Source: Lepidodermella squamata
Taxonomy: Eukaryota > Animalia > Gastrotricha
Direction: 5' to 3'
Length of the DNA stretch: 64,000 bases
NCBI GenBank assembly: GCA_047495785.1
Contig: JBLDXI010000009.1
Coordinates: 4,464,001 to 4,528,000, forward strand
Shown: one piece after another, positions 23,269 to 35,932 of the stretch
Layout of the letters: every line of letters starts with the position of its first letter
Position numbering within the stretch: position 1 is the stretch's first letter
Notes under the pieces: model-generated
What the model saw: the letters and a program-made list of their open reading frames with translations, nothing else
Told to the model about the DNA's origin: nothing
Database searches by the model: none
Program-made: the position numbers and the translations under genes

Positions 23269-24306
23269 ATGCTTATTTGGCAGGCACCTGTGATAGCCTA
23301 CTCAGACGCCTTTCACCGAGCAGCGAGGCGTGGAGATCTCGCTCGTTTGAAATCAATCATCGCCGAAATTCGATCAAAGCTACCAGATGATGCTAAGGAA
23401 CTTTACTCACCTTGCATTCCGTTGATCGAACACAAAGATGGCGAGCACGAGTTAACTCCTCTAATGGACGCAGTCACCTACAACCATCTATCAATTGTTC
23501 AATACCTATGTGAGGATTTGGGTGCGGACGTTGAAGCAAAAGGCCGTTTCGGCTCGACAGCTTTACTCTACGCTGCAGAGGTTGGCGATCTCGAAATTAT
23601 GAAGTACCTAGTAGAACGTGCTGAAGCTGACATTTGGGCTCGAGAGTCCGAATTCGGAGCTCTGGCGATTCATCTCGCTGCTGAGTTTGGCCATCAGGAT
23701 ATCCTAGAGTACCTCCTCGAAGTCGACCCAGATTTACTTGAGGCTAAGACCGAATTAGGCGACACCCCGTTATGCCGAGCTGCGGTTGGCGGTAATCTTG
23801 AAATTGTTCAGTATTTAGTCGAAGTTAAAATGGCCAATGCGGAGGCTAGAGGGTTTGAGGGCCGAACTGCCTTACTCAAAGCCGCTGCTGAAGGGAACGC
23901 AGCTATAGTCAAGTATTTAGCGAAAAATGCTAGGGCTGTTGTTGATGCGAGGGATCGGTCGGCCTACGAGTCTCATGCTCTTCATTTGGCTTGTGAATTT
24001 GGCCATTTGGAGGTTGTGAAAGCACTGTTGGAGATCAAGCCTGAACTGGTTCATTTGCGAATGGCTGCGAACAGGGAGTTCCCAATTGACATATCTGAGC
24101 GGACTGGTAACAAGTTGATCGCAAAGGAGCTTCGAAAGCATCTGAAATTCGACGAAACAGACGCGGCAGAAAAGAAAGACGATGAGAAATCGGAAAGCGA
24201 TGGTGAGAACCAGGACGAAAAGGATACGACAGACCAAGCTGGTAACCGCGGATCGTCCGGTTGGTTTTCTTCGTTTGGCTTTGGCCTTTGGTCCAAAAAC
24301 AAATAG
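23269..24306 (+). CDS. Ankyrin-repeat protein (about 7 repeats) with acidic C-tail; true start may lie in an upstream exon
   Basis: Repeated TPLMDA / TALLYAA / AIHLAAEFGH / TPLCRAA / ALHLACEFGHLEVVK motifs. Confidence 0.9.
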   Translation: MLIWQAPVIAYSDAFHRAARRGDLARLKSIIAEIRSKLPDDAKELYSPCIPLIEHKDGEHELTPLMDAVTYNHLSIVQYLCEDLGADVEAKGRFGSTALLYAAEVGDLEIMKYLVERAEADIWARESEFGALAIHLAAEFGHQDILEYLLEVDPDLLEAKTELGDTPLCRAAVGGNLEIVQYLVEVKMANAEARGFEGRTALLKAAAEGNAAIVKYLAKNARAVVDARDRSAYESHALHLACEFGHLEVVKALLEIKPELVHLRMAANREFPIDISERTGNKLIAKELRKHLKFDETDAAEKKDDEKSESDGENQDEKDTTDQAGNRGSSGWFSSFGFGLWSKNK

Positions 24307-24776
24307 ACTATTAATGTTTAGATACTACCAACAAAACATAATGATTTAAATGTTTGATTGCAAATCGCGGCAAAGTGTTATGTCTGAATAAACTGTGAAA
24401 GAGTAATGGATCTAATATCTAATTAAGGATGCATATTCACAGCTTTCTTGGCTTCTTTCTAAGCTTCATGATGAAATTATAACCATATTGGCTTCATATT
24501 TTCAAGTCCGAGCCCTTGAGTCGTATGACTATCGTCATATATCGTCATATGACTTATTGTAGGCAGCTGAAGTGAATTTGGCACGCAGCTTCCCTAACTA
24601 CGTGTCTAATTCCCTGTTACTCCTCCGTGACTTTGGCAACATCTCGCCACTTCTCAAGTGATTTCGTCAGCTTAATTAAGGCTTTATTAACCACGGATAT
24701 ACGCAACATGTCTACCTATTTCATATTTGAGCGTATATATGCAGGATCCGGGAATTCCGTGGGCAGAAAAAGTAAA

Positions 24777-27418
24777 ATGGCCACAACTAGATTCGTCCTA
24801 TTTTCTATATTGCAAGGAATGGCGCTAGCAGCGCAAGTATTTTGGAATGCAACCATGGATCCATTCGTCAAACCTTCATCGAGTATCCCCAGCAAACGCG
24901 TCCGTTTGAACATTCTTGCAACCATTAACTACGAGGGCAGTATCTCGGCTGGGCCTCTTTGCACAAAGGCTATTGAACTTGCTCTTGACCGAATCAGTAT
25001 TCAGCCTAACATGCTGAGAAACTACGAACTAGGCGTAGAGCTTATCGACGATGGGGTATGTACGATTTTTGAGGTGAATTGCTCGAACTAATTGATTTTT
25101 TCGCAGTGCGATGATGCTTTAGGAGTGGCACGTGCTGTCAATTCCCTTCGAGCGGGCGAGGATACCCCAAATCGCTTGCCGGTTATATCCATTGGGGACT
25201 GTTCCGGCAAATCTCAGCCTGCGATCTCTCGTATCATCAAAAATTTCAATTATATAGGGGTAAGTCACATCCAGAGTGTAAAAGTGTTAACTACTATTCT
25301 TGCAACCATATTTCAAGGTTACAAATTCTCTGCAGACAGTAGCCATCCAAAAAGAGCGGATGTTCAGTTCAGTATTCCCTGTGCTTCTTCACCGGATGGA
25401 GGGCGTTTTCGCTGTGGCTCACCTGATAAAACATTACGGCTGGAGCAGGGTTGCGATCATCTCGGAGGAAGTTACTTACTTCGACCTGGTCGAGAATGTC
25501 ATCTATAACTATTTTCCGAACCTCAATATCACTATCTTATCGCTATCAAAAGTGTCTTTTAACACAACAAATGACGACGAAATGAGGCGTGCGATGGAGC
25601 AATTGGTTCGTAACGAGCCAAGAGTCATAATTTCTAATACAGACACCCCAGTTAACACCGCCTGTTGGTTGCATCGCTACGGAATTCGAGGGCCTAACTA
25701 CGTGATTTTCGCGAGTATTTGGAGCTATTTTTCTTGGGAGACGGCTATCATACCCGAGCATCTGAGGTCTTGGTGCACGAAAGATATGATACGAGAAGTA
25801 AGTCGATCCATTCCTAGACATATCTAAATTATCCTTAACTTCTTGCAGCTTTCGGAAAACTGGATCTACCAAACTGTGGGTTCAATTCGAGATTTATATG
25901 GAGAATCCTATAAAGATGAGACTGGTCTTGATGGTTACCAGTTCACCGAAGAGATGACCAGGAAGGTTTACAGAGCGACCCAACACCCAGCCTGGACAGT
26001 TTGGCCACCAGTTTGTTATGACCTAACCCTCTACCTCGGTTACGTCCTTAATACAACGGAATCTCTGTTGGCAGAAAAATTCAACTCTACCCTAAGCGAA
26101 TGGGTTACCGGTTCGGTGAATTTCGAAGAAAATGGTGCCTTGTTCGCCAAGGTTATCGAAGAAGCTATCTATTCGACAAGAGTTGTTGCAAGTAGAGGGG
26201 TGTTTCAAATAGATCGGCATACTGGGTTGAACAGTCTTGGATTTGCACCAACAATTTTCTCTCAGCAACAGTATCGAAATGGTTCGTTCGTACGAGCTAA
26301 TATCGCCTACTACAGAAATAGCGATACGTCAATAATCGAGCTAAATGGCGGCTTCAAATGGTCGACGCTAGATACGAAACCGCTGAAAGATAAAGTGATC
26401 ATTCAACATTTTGAAGTCCACACGGTCTCTGTCGTTGCATTTGGCATTTTAGTTGGGATCGGCAGCCTTGCTATTGTGGTCACGGTTGTCATGTTATTGT
26501 TCCTAGGATCGAAATCATTCTATGAGGTTCTTACACTCTTAGGATCAATTCTGATGTTGGCTAATGTGTATGCGGCTCCTTTAGGCGTAGTAAGGAATAT
26601 CTCGGTTAACTGTAATGCTATGGTTTGTTTGATTCTACTTGGCTTCCCCCTTCCGATGGCCGCTGTTTTTTATGGCGTCAATGAGGCCTTAGCCCATCCG
26701 ATGTTAAAAAGTGGATCTTCGAAATCTCGATATTCAAGGAGCTCTGTATTTACGGTAGACTCTACGCGGAAGAAAATTGTTGCATTATCCGTTTTTCTGG
26801 TGATTATCGTCGTAATTTTGGCGGTCTTCTTATCATATGGTGGCTTCGATGAGAAATCAATCGAGCTTCCGAAGTTTTATTCCGAAGATGGGACAATAGC
26901 GTGGTACCCTTTTCAATATCAATGCTACCTCAACTTTAATGAACTTGGCCGCGTAATCCCATTGCTTGTCGTAGCTGGTGTTGAGGTTCTTGAAATTCTG
27001 TTAATGGTCTTCAAGCTCCTTCAGCTGAGAATGGTACGCTAAATAACTTGTATGTATTATGATTTAAGGTTCAACTTATTATAGGTTTTGATGAGATCTA
27101 ATGATTCTAGTCGAGGTTTTGCGATCTCTGTTTTTAAAAGAGTGGATAACGCAGTATATTGTGAAGCCCTCATCGCTATTGGAGCGTGCATGATAGGTAT
27201 CCTCCTACCTGCCTCGGAAATCATTGTTGTTACCTCTGGCGCTTGCATTGCCATTTCTAGTATCAACATTGCCACAACGTTTTACATAAAGGTATGTTAA
27301 TTTTACGGTGCAAAATCGCTAAATGCTTTGATTTAAATCACAGTTAACGCCTCATCCCATCGAGATACTTATTAAGCCCGGCGTTTCGTCAGTCAGAAAA
27401 TCATCAACATGGATGTGA
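24777..27418 (+). CDS. Class C (GABA-B-like) GPCR copy 3
   Basis: Collinear paralogue across ORFs 24627, 25092, 25300, 25843 and 27088; ends STWM* at 27416-27418. Confidence 0.8.
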
Positions 27419-27555
27419 TGCTTCGGATTTCCGAGAAAATTTCTCCCAGCCCCATTCGGACCTTTATGACAACTTTCACGCGCAAAATGCAGCTGATTCA
27501 ATAGAACATAGTAACGGAACGAAGGGAGAGTTCTGCTTTTTTATTCAACTAAGTC

Positions 27556-30500
27556 CTAAAAGGCTGTCACTAGACGCGATTTGGCGAGCTTAATCGTAAC
27601 AAACTTAATGAGTTCTTGAACTCCTCGCACAGTGAAAAAACAAGTCCCTAGGTTGATATAGGATAACAGTACTATCATAATACGAAACTCAAGCGAAGGC
27701 ACAGGAAATGTCCCAAGAAATTTCTGTATAGACAGCGGCAGATATATGACAATAAAATGATTTACAATGAAAAGAACCGCAAGATGAGCCGTAAAAAGTC
27801 TGCTTCTGAAAAAGGCACTTCTAAATGGTGGTCCAACTGCGAAAACAAATGCTGACCAGACGTATTGGAACACAGTGATGCCATACATCGCGAATACTTC
27901 GAAACTCCGGAATGATCGGTCATATAACGTGTCCTAAAACAAAGAAAGATGACCATCCTGTACATTTTCAAATTAAAATGCGCACCTGTGGGATGTTATA
28001 AGGTAAGAACCAGGGTTGCTGCTTCAAGTAGGTATACACAAGTATTTGAAATGCCACATTCACCCCATTGTGCGCCAAAATAGGAACAATTTGATACGTT
28101 GATAGCAGGTGCTTTTCCGGTCTCTCTTTGCTAAGGCACGTATGAAAAGCCGGTACAAACGGGAAGGTCAAAGAGAGTGTTGTCAGCAAGAACATATCCT
28201 GATAGAAGAATGATACGTCCGTGAAATTCGCTTGATTCCAATACAACATGCACATTGACGCGAACTGTACAATTGAATAAGAAACCAGAACACCAAAGAG
28301 GCCAAAAGTTGACACGAGCGAGCAACGACCTTCTTTCAAAATATCGATGACTGGTGAGATATTACGGTCCTTGCAGGTGAATGAACTAGCGACTGATGCT
28401 TCAGCCTCGGTCAAGGCTATGCCAACATCAGCAGCTTTCAGGGCACAGCAATCGTTCGTCCCATCTCCAACCATAGCCACGGAATATCCGAGTCGATTTC
28501 TGAACTCAGTAACAACTTCAGCTTTTTGATCGGGCCGAAACCTAGCGTAGACAACGCATCGTTCCAGAATAGAATTCATAGCATTGACACCAAAAGAACT
28601 GTTTCCTTCGACTTCATCTTTGACAATTTTCCACGCATCTTCCGTAATGGCAAGTTTTTTGCCGTAGAAAGATCCTTTTTGATCAAGGAATTGCTGGACA
28701 GAGATTATGCCTTCTTCTTCAGTCGGGACTTGACCCTTGATTGTGATAAGATCGTCTCCGGAGAGGAAGCCACATTTCCTTGCAGTTGCAATGGCTGTTC
28801 TTACGTCATCTCCAGTGATGATAACGCATTGAAGTCCAGCTGCTCTGATTTTCGCGATTGTTGATACACTTTGAGGCTTCAGCGAGTTCTCGAATAAAGC
28901 GGCTCCAAGAAGGACAAGTCCATTCTCATCTGTATCCAAATCGAAAGATTCCAGTTTCTCCTCGCCTGTTAGTTTTCTTGCAGCAAGAAGGATTACTCGA
29001 ATTCCTTGGCTAGTTACTCTCCTGATCACCTTATCGATATCCCTCGGTATTGAAGTTTGATCACATCGGGATAAAATGTGTTCTGGAGCCCCTTTAACCA
29101 TCAAGTAATGCTCGTCTCTATTGACTCCGACTAATACAGCCCCGGAGCGGCGTTCCGGTGAGAATCCGAAGTTCCTCAACTGCTGTAGTTTCATTCCAGG
29201 TTTTGCGGATGAATAGAAGAGTCCGGGTGAAACCAAGCAGAAAGATGTGATTTTCAGTAGCTCAATGTCAATCGGATCACCAATAGGTTCCGTAGTCGAA
29301 TTCTCCTCAGCATGTAAATGCTGTGGTAATAGCGTGATAGTGTTACAACAAGCAGCGCAAATCTCCAATTTTTCATGCATATCACTAGAGAACACGGGCA
29401 GTGTTGAACTACTGCTATCCACGGCAAGAATCCTCTGAAGTTTGACGGCCTCCTCAGTCAGAGTTCCGGTTTTGTCGAAGCAAATAACGTCGATACTCCC
29501 AGCAGGGGTAACAGACTTGGGACTGGTGCAATAGACCCCTTTCGCTCTCAACCTCAACTGGGCGATAACTTGGGAGATTGTCAAACCAACAGTGATTTGC
29601 GGTGGGATTACAACCGAAGCTAAGGCCAGGCACATTACGACAATTAAAATAGGATCTTCTCCACGAATAATGCGAATAACCAAGCTGTAGATAATCCCAG
29701 ACGAGCCGATTGTCCCCATCAGAGCCATGAATTTATAGGTTTCAACTGAAAATCGTCTATCAATCAGTGACGGCCGCATAACAGCCCTAACTAAACTTCC
29801 CCGCGTTGTTGAGAATCCAATCGACGTCACCATTCCGATAGTTGATTTGCTCACACTTAGTAACTTAGTCCCCGAATGAAGTCGATTCATCTCGGACTGA
29901 GATTTAGAATCGCCAGTTGGTGACGCGTATTTCGTGACGGGAGTTACCTCTCCAGATAACATTGATTCATCCACGAGACAGGATCCTTTGATGATAACCA
30001 TGTCTGCTGGAATATCAGGCAATTCTCCGCCCTCCTTCTGCTCAAGGAAAACAATATCTCCTGGCAGGAGTTTTGAAGAATCGATCGGAGTTGAGTAACC
30101 ATTCACATCTAAACCGGCCATGATCATCACTTTCTTTTGACTGTTAGACCCTGAAACTGCATTCCGAACTGATTTTTCGTTAGAATGAGTCATGTATGCC
30201 ACCCAGACTACAACTACGCTAGTAAATACTAGAAGACAAGCCGGATAAATCGAATATCCAATTGAAAACCAAATAGCGATGCAGGCGAATTGGAAAATGT
30301 AGAGTGGGGTGAAGATTTCACGCCAGATTAGTAACAAAAATGGAGTTCGAGGCACTGGTGTAACGTTGAAGCCGCAAAGTACACGTCTAGACCATGGATG
30401 GTGAAATTCATCGATTTGATCATTCTTTTCCACAAGGTTATTTAGCAGAACTGGTCCGGGTACGAACTGGTAACAATTCCAATCGAAAACTATGGGAGTA

Positions 30501-31590
30501 CTCTCGAAGTTGAACAAAAGCCACGTAAGACCCTTGAAATCTTGATTCTCCGTGGAAGTAGAAGTCCTTTTCAAGAGCACTCCTCTGCGTGAAGCTAGCC
30601 AAAGGCTGCGAATATGTGCTTCATTTGTCCCATCGGTTAGCTTTACATGAGTGGCAGAATTAGCATTTCTGAAATCGACCCTTTTAGATGTAAAGATGAG
30701 TTGCCATTCAGGTTTCCAGTAGCAAGTTATTGCTGCAAATAAGCCTCCAGTGAGTACAGCCAGGACATAGAAGATTGCAGTTTTGAGACAATCTAGCCTA
30801 AAACGATTTCATTATATTTTGAATATAGGGCTAGCTAGTAAGCTTACTTGTAAAGCTCGACTTTCAGTGTTGTATCATTTGCTGATAGAAATTGCTCAAA
30901 AATAGGCGAATCATTAATTGAAATGGCTGCGTCACTACCCTCGAGTTTGACCTTTTTCTTGGTAAAATAAGGCGGTGGCGTCTCAAGTCGTTGGAATAAC
31001 TGCCGGTCCGCGTTCCAGAAAAACACCCCACAGTCTTCGAGGTTAACCCCAGCATGTAGCTGGTTGTTCTGCTGCTCGACGTGAACTTTGAACAGGCCAG
31101 CAGAATCGCCTAGTCTCGTAAATTCATCTCTGAACAGCAGTTTCTGCTTGAAATTGAGCCATGTTCTGTTAATTGGTGGATATAGTTCAAAGTTGGACGA
31201 GCCCTTGTTTCCAGAGTTGAGAAGAGCGCTAGGGTCTTCGTGGTCTTTTGGCGCTATCAAAACAGGCCAGCAAACAACAGGTTGGCGGCGAAAGTTGACA
31301 TTTGCAAGAAAAGCCGTCGCCTTTTCAAGTGAAGATCTCTTGTGAGTTAGTTTGACTAATTTTGCTTGAAAAGCTTTGCGAAATACGATGAGAAGCAACA
31401 AAGGAAGTAAGGCCATTGATGCAAATGAGAGGATTGCGAATAGAATGATCCGAGCCATTGAGAGACTGTAACATTCGATCGAGGAGACCATTGATGGGTC
31501 ATCAGTTTGAAGAATACTTCTATCAGTATCATGTTTTCCATCTTCAGCTCTGGACGGCTCTTCGTTGCTAACGTATGCTGAATTATCCAT
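27556..31590 (-). CDS. P5B-type P-ATPase (ATP13A2-5-like)
   Basis: DESMLSGE, CFDKTGTLT, KGAPE, ITGD, ARFRPDQK, MVGDGTNDC.ALKAADVG, EASVAS.FT, EGRCSLVS; 50-bp intron 30798-30847 links the N-terminal exon in frame. Confidence 0.92.
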
Positions 31591-31735
31591 CCCAAAACCA
31601 AAATTTAGGGCTCACGTTTGGCAAAATAGTAAATATGTAGTTTACGAGCAGGTTTAGTAAACAAGCCTTGCTACAGTGGTGTGACAGCTCAGACACGAGT
31701 GTTTTCATGCGAGTACCAACAGCTGCGGAAATGCG

Positions 31736-31768
31736 TATACTCCCCGCGTATACTCCCCGCGTCCCCGC
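31736..31768. repeat. Short tandem repeat (GTATACTCCCCGC)x2 plus partial copy, upstream of the ATPase
   Basis: gtatactccccgc gtatactccccgc gtccccgc seen directly. Confidence 0.6.
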
Positions 31769-32058
31769 TAAATACTCAGGAAAAGCCGCTTTGCATTTTC
31801 AGTTGTTAGTTGTTACAGACGATTCATTCATTAAAAACTAGGTGATATTAAATATGGCACAAGCTCTCTGATTGGCATCACGTTCCCTCTGATAATCCCT
31901 GATAATCTGAACCTGAACCTGATAATTTGAAAAACAGTCCTGGATGGGAGGTTTTTCAATCGTATTCGGAATATTTTCCCAGAAAGCCTCGAGAAAAATG
32001 CGAGTAATTTCAGCGTGCTAACAACTATAACCATCCATCAAAGGCATAGCTGAATTCA

Positions 32059-33344
32059 TTAAGACAAAAGATAGATAAAAGCAGACGTATGAATAGCTAT
32101 ATGAACAAGACAGAAGACAATGAAAGCAGTAAAATCAGCCAGATTGATAACATTGAAATGAAATCTGTTAATGGTGATTGAACTAGGCCACCGCTTATTT
32201 CTCACAACTCGATAGGTCACTAAAGTATAAATTGTCATGACGATTCCGAACATGAAATTGGCCATAATGCAGAAGAGAATGCGCGGCGGCTCTGCAGTTG
32301 GCGGCATGCTATCGAAAATCGTGCTTAGAATGAAACTGTACGCAAGAACCACAGTTACGCTGAAAACTGGCCGATCTGGAGTTCGAGCCGGAAAAATTAG
32401 CGTAGCTATCTGTAGCAATAGTAGGCCGTAACTTGGAAGGATAGCCTTTATGAAGTAATACCGATAATCACGCTGCAACCCTATGGTATACAGTATGTAT
32501 GGGTAACCGTCATGGACACTGACATTGCCATAGGGTTCGTCTATCAGTTTCCAAGTGCTACAAGGAGAGACGAAATCAATGCCGTAAGGCGTTATTGTCA
32601 CATGCTCGTAGATGATTTGGTCCTCAAGGTTCCATGATTCGATTGCGATCAGGCAAGACACTGAGTCAAATGGGAAACGGTCAAAATTGAAGCCAGTACA
32701 CAGCACGTCAATCCTGCCTGATGAGAACCAGCTTGCAATTGATTTGAAAGGCATCACTTCAACGCCATACGAATCTAGTTGGCTGTTAAAAATTATAAAA
32801 TTGAGAAATTAAAAATTAATAATGGAAAATGCTCTGACTAAGAAAAAGGAATAGGCAAATATAGCAAATGGAAATCGACCTATATAGCGAACCTCGTGAT
32901 GTCAGTAGCTTGAGCTACCGAGCTTATATGCAGCAAAGTAGGATGCCAGACATCTTCTTTTTTACGCATGAAGAAGAATTCTGCGTATTCCTCGGGGCAT
33001 GAATCTATTTCGTCTCCTGACAGGACTTGATTGTGTTCAAGGGCTTGGCAAAATGTCGAGGAATCACAGGGTAGTAGCCAAGTAACAGTAAAATCAGCGT
33101 AAATCGCCATTCTCTGCTCGACATCGTCGACTTCCAACAAGCTGTATAGCGTCATAGAAGTGTTAGCTTTAATCGGGTAGAGATCAGCACAGTTTATGTC
33201 GTAGATGAGGTCCATCGCCATGTTTCGAGAATCAGCTTGAGGGCAAACGCTGTAGAAGATTTCTGGTATCCTACCTGTGCCATTCAGCTTCGCAGATGAT
33301 AAGGATTGCAGCGCGAATATCGACAGACAAATGACTAACAACAT
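32059..33344 (-). CDS. Divergent Cys-loop ligand-gated ion channel subunit
   Basis: Signal peptide; VWHP; Cys-loop CTGFNFDRFPFDSVSC; LQR..Y; M1 LP; four TMs, TPDRPVFSVTVVLA, PPT. Confidence 0.85.
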
Positions 33345-34138
33345 TGCTATCGGCAAATAGCTCCGAGTATGCAGGTATAATAAAATCTGACAGGAGTTAT
33401 CCCGAGCTGATCCTGATTGTTATCACATTGTTTTGAAAACCTATTGCGGTAGCAGGAAATTGGCGAAGGCCGCCTTGTGGCACAGGAAAAGCAATCTCAC
33501 GAAAATATCTAGCCTATCACTTAATACTATCACAACCTCTGAATTCTGCAGATCTGAGCTTTATTGAAGTAGAAATTATTGCGACAGAGTATTCGCCGAA
33601 TTTTGCGGTGTTTCTGAAGTTAGAGGTTTGATGTATTCAAGCAAGGCGAATCAGAGTAAAATATAGCCGAAACAATTTAATCGGGTTGAATAACCTTCGA
33701 CGATATTAAATAAATTTTGCCAGGATATCTGCTCGCGCTGAGGATCGCGAGGGTCACGTAACTCTTAAGTAAAACCGGAACGAAGGCGAGGTCATTAGCT
33801 ATATAAAATTAAGCGATTAAAATCCCCACATTTGCTGGTTATGGCGTGGAGTTTTCGAACCATCGAAAAAACAGGTGAGCGATCTGAGTATCAAACTGTT
33901 ATTGGGATGAGCCAATTATACGTTATGATATTATACGAAAATATATATAAAAAACAACTTTATAGTAATTAAAATTCCGCTTTAATAACCATAAATGTGT
34001 ATTTTATGCATTTGAACTGTAAATGTATTCATTCTCGCAAAAATAGGCTGCTAAACATTCACCAGATTAACACGGTTGCAGCTGCAGTAAATCAGGAATA
34101 AGATTTTCACATCTCAGCAATCAATGGTACAAAGATGT

Positions 34139-35932
34139 TCAGTTTCTCCGCCGCTGCCACCATTTCGAGCCACGCCATGATACCAAATCAGCGTACACCA
34201 TACGACCAACACCCACTGCCGAAACACAGCAGCAACCAACAAGAAAGTTGAAAACGGCTACCCAGCCAAAGTACTGTTCAATCATTGGAATGGCGATTTG
34301 CCCTAACGCAGCAGCCGCACTTCCTGTACCATCGATTATTCCACTCACCGTTGCTAGGGCTGACTTGCTGTTCTGCAACTTTGGCTGGCGGCCAAGATCA
34401 GCAGCGACAGCACTGCTCATCAAACTTACAACGCCACAAATGAAAAAACCAACAATGAATAGCACAATTGAGTTCAGCAGTTTATCCGGAGGCAGGTAGC
34501 TATAGATCACAAAGGCGGGAATGCCAAGCACTAGCATAGCAAACAACACTGGAGCACGGCGGAGACGGTCGGAAATCACGCCACCTATGATGCTGCCGAA
34601 AATGCCGCCAACATCGTACCAAACTGATAAGCTATCCGCTAGAGCTTGTGACCAGTGAAATTGGCGGTTGAGGTAGTACGGCAGCCAGAAGAAGAACGCG
34701 TAGTTGACTAGTTTCAAACAGGCGTAGGATAACGAGTAGATTATAACACCAGGTAGTAGGATAGCCTCTAAAAAGCCAACTGCTTGAGGTTTGGAAGGGG
34801 TCGCCAAGACTTGAGTAAGAGGGCTGACTTTCACGGCAGTTTCAAGAGATTCTTCGCGTTTTGATTCAGCTTCCATTTCGACCAAACTGATCTCTGGAGA
34901 AAAATAAGCATTAAAAAGGAATTTTGAAACATGATTTGTGCCTAATTCTGATTCCTCAAGCTCTTCTATGACGCTTGGCCTTAGCAACGGTTGTTAGGGA
35001 GTAAGTGAACTATAATGGGTTATATCACACTTTGATGAGTTGAAACTGAAAATTCGGTGAATTTAAAGTTTAAAGGAAGTTCATTCCGATTGATTATAAT
35101 TTAGCAACTTGCCTCCACTGTGAAGCCTTTTCATTTCTTCTGATACATCGTGATGGTTATCCGCATGCTCCGAGTCCAAAATTATTGTTGGTATCACAGC
35201 TTCGTTGATGCCAACCTCGGATGGGGAGACAACTAAACCAAGGAATAGGATTCCAGTGAAACCAATCATAATTGAGGCCGGTATAGCAACCGCAATATCG
35301 TAACCGTAGTCGACTAAACTGGCTACAAGAAGCGAACCAACCATGTTTCCAAACGCCGAGTTCGTCCCCCAAACTCCCAGAATGAACCCCCGATTGTTCG
35401 GAAACCAGTTAGCCATAACCGATAGGAGACACGGCCAAATTGGCCCTTGGAACGCTGCATTCAAAGCTCGGAATGCGATGTAGTAGTAAATTGAGTAGAA
35501 ACCGAACCACTCAGGAACACTGGCGAACAGCGTGACGGTGACTGACGTAGCAGTCATGAAAAAGCATAAGGAATAACGTAGGTCGAACCGGTCACCGATC
35601 ATGCCGCCGACATATTGCGATGTGGCGTAGAATGCCATGAAAACGGTGTCCAGAACACCCATGAAAGCCTTCATCGATTTGTCGTTGCTGCTTGCAAAGA
35701 ATTGATGTGAGGACCAAATTTCTGGCGGAGATTTTAACCGGACGGTCGCGTTCGACTTCGCCGGTGTCCATTCATCGGCGACAAGTACCTTCACGTTCGA
35801 AAATGACTTGCGATTCGCGTGCACCAATGCATATGCGATGAATGTTAGGATGAAGACAGAAACGTGGTACATGGTGTATGTTGACTGCCTCGGTTGGCAT
35901 GTCCGCCTTTTGTTCTGTGCATCTTTCTCCAT
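34139..35932 (-). CDS. MFS sugar-phosphate exchanger (SLC37 family, SLC37A3-like)
   Basis: YALVHANRKSFSNVK, GMIGDRFDLR, MANWF...RGFILGVW, ACLKLVNYAFFFWLP, ADLGRQ, ALATVSGIIDGTGS. Confidence 0.9.

Noticed and set aside
24526-24554. atgactatcgtcatat/atcgtcatatgact duplication-palindrome
   Set aside because: A 10-bp local slippage duplication with no further structure
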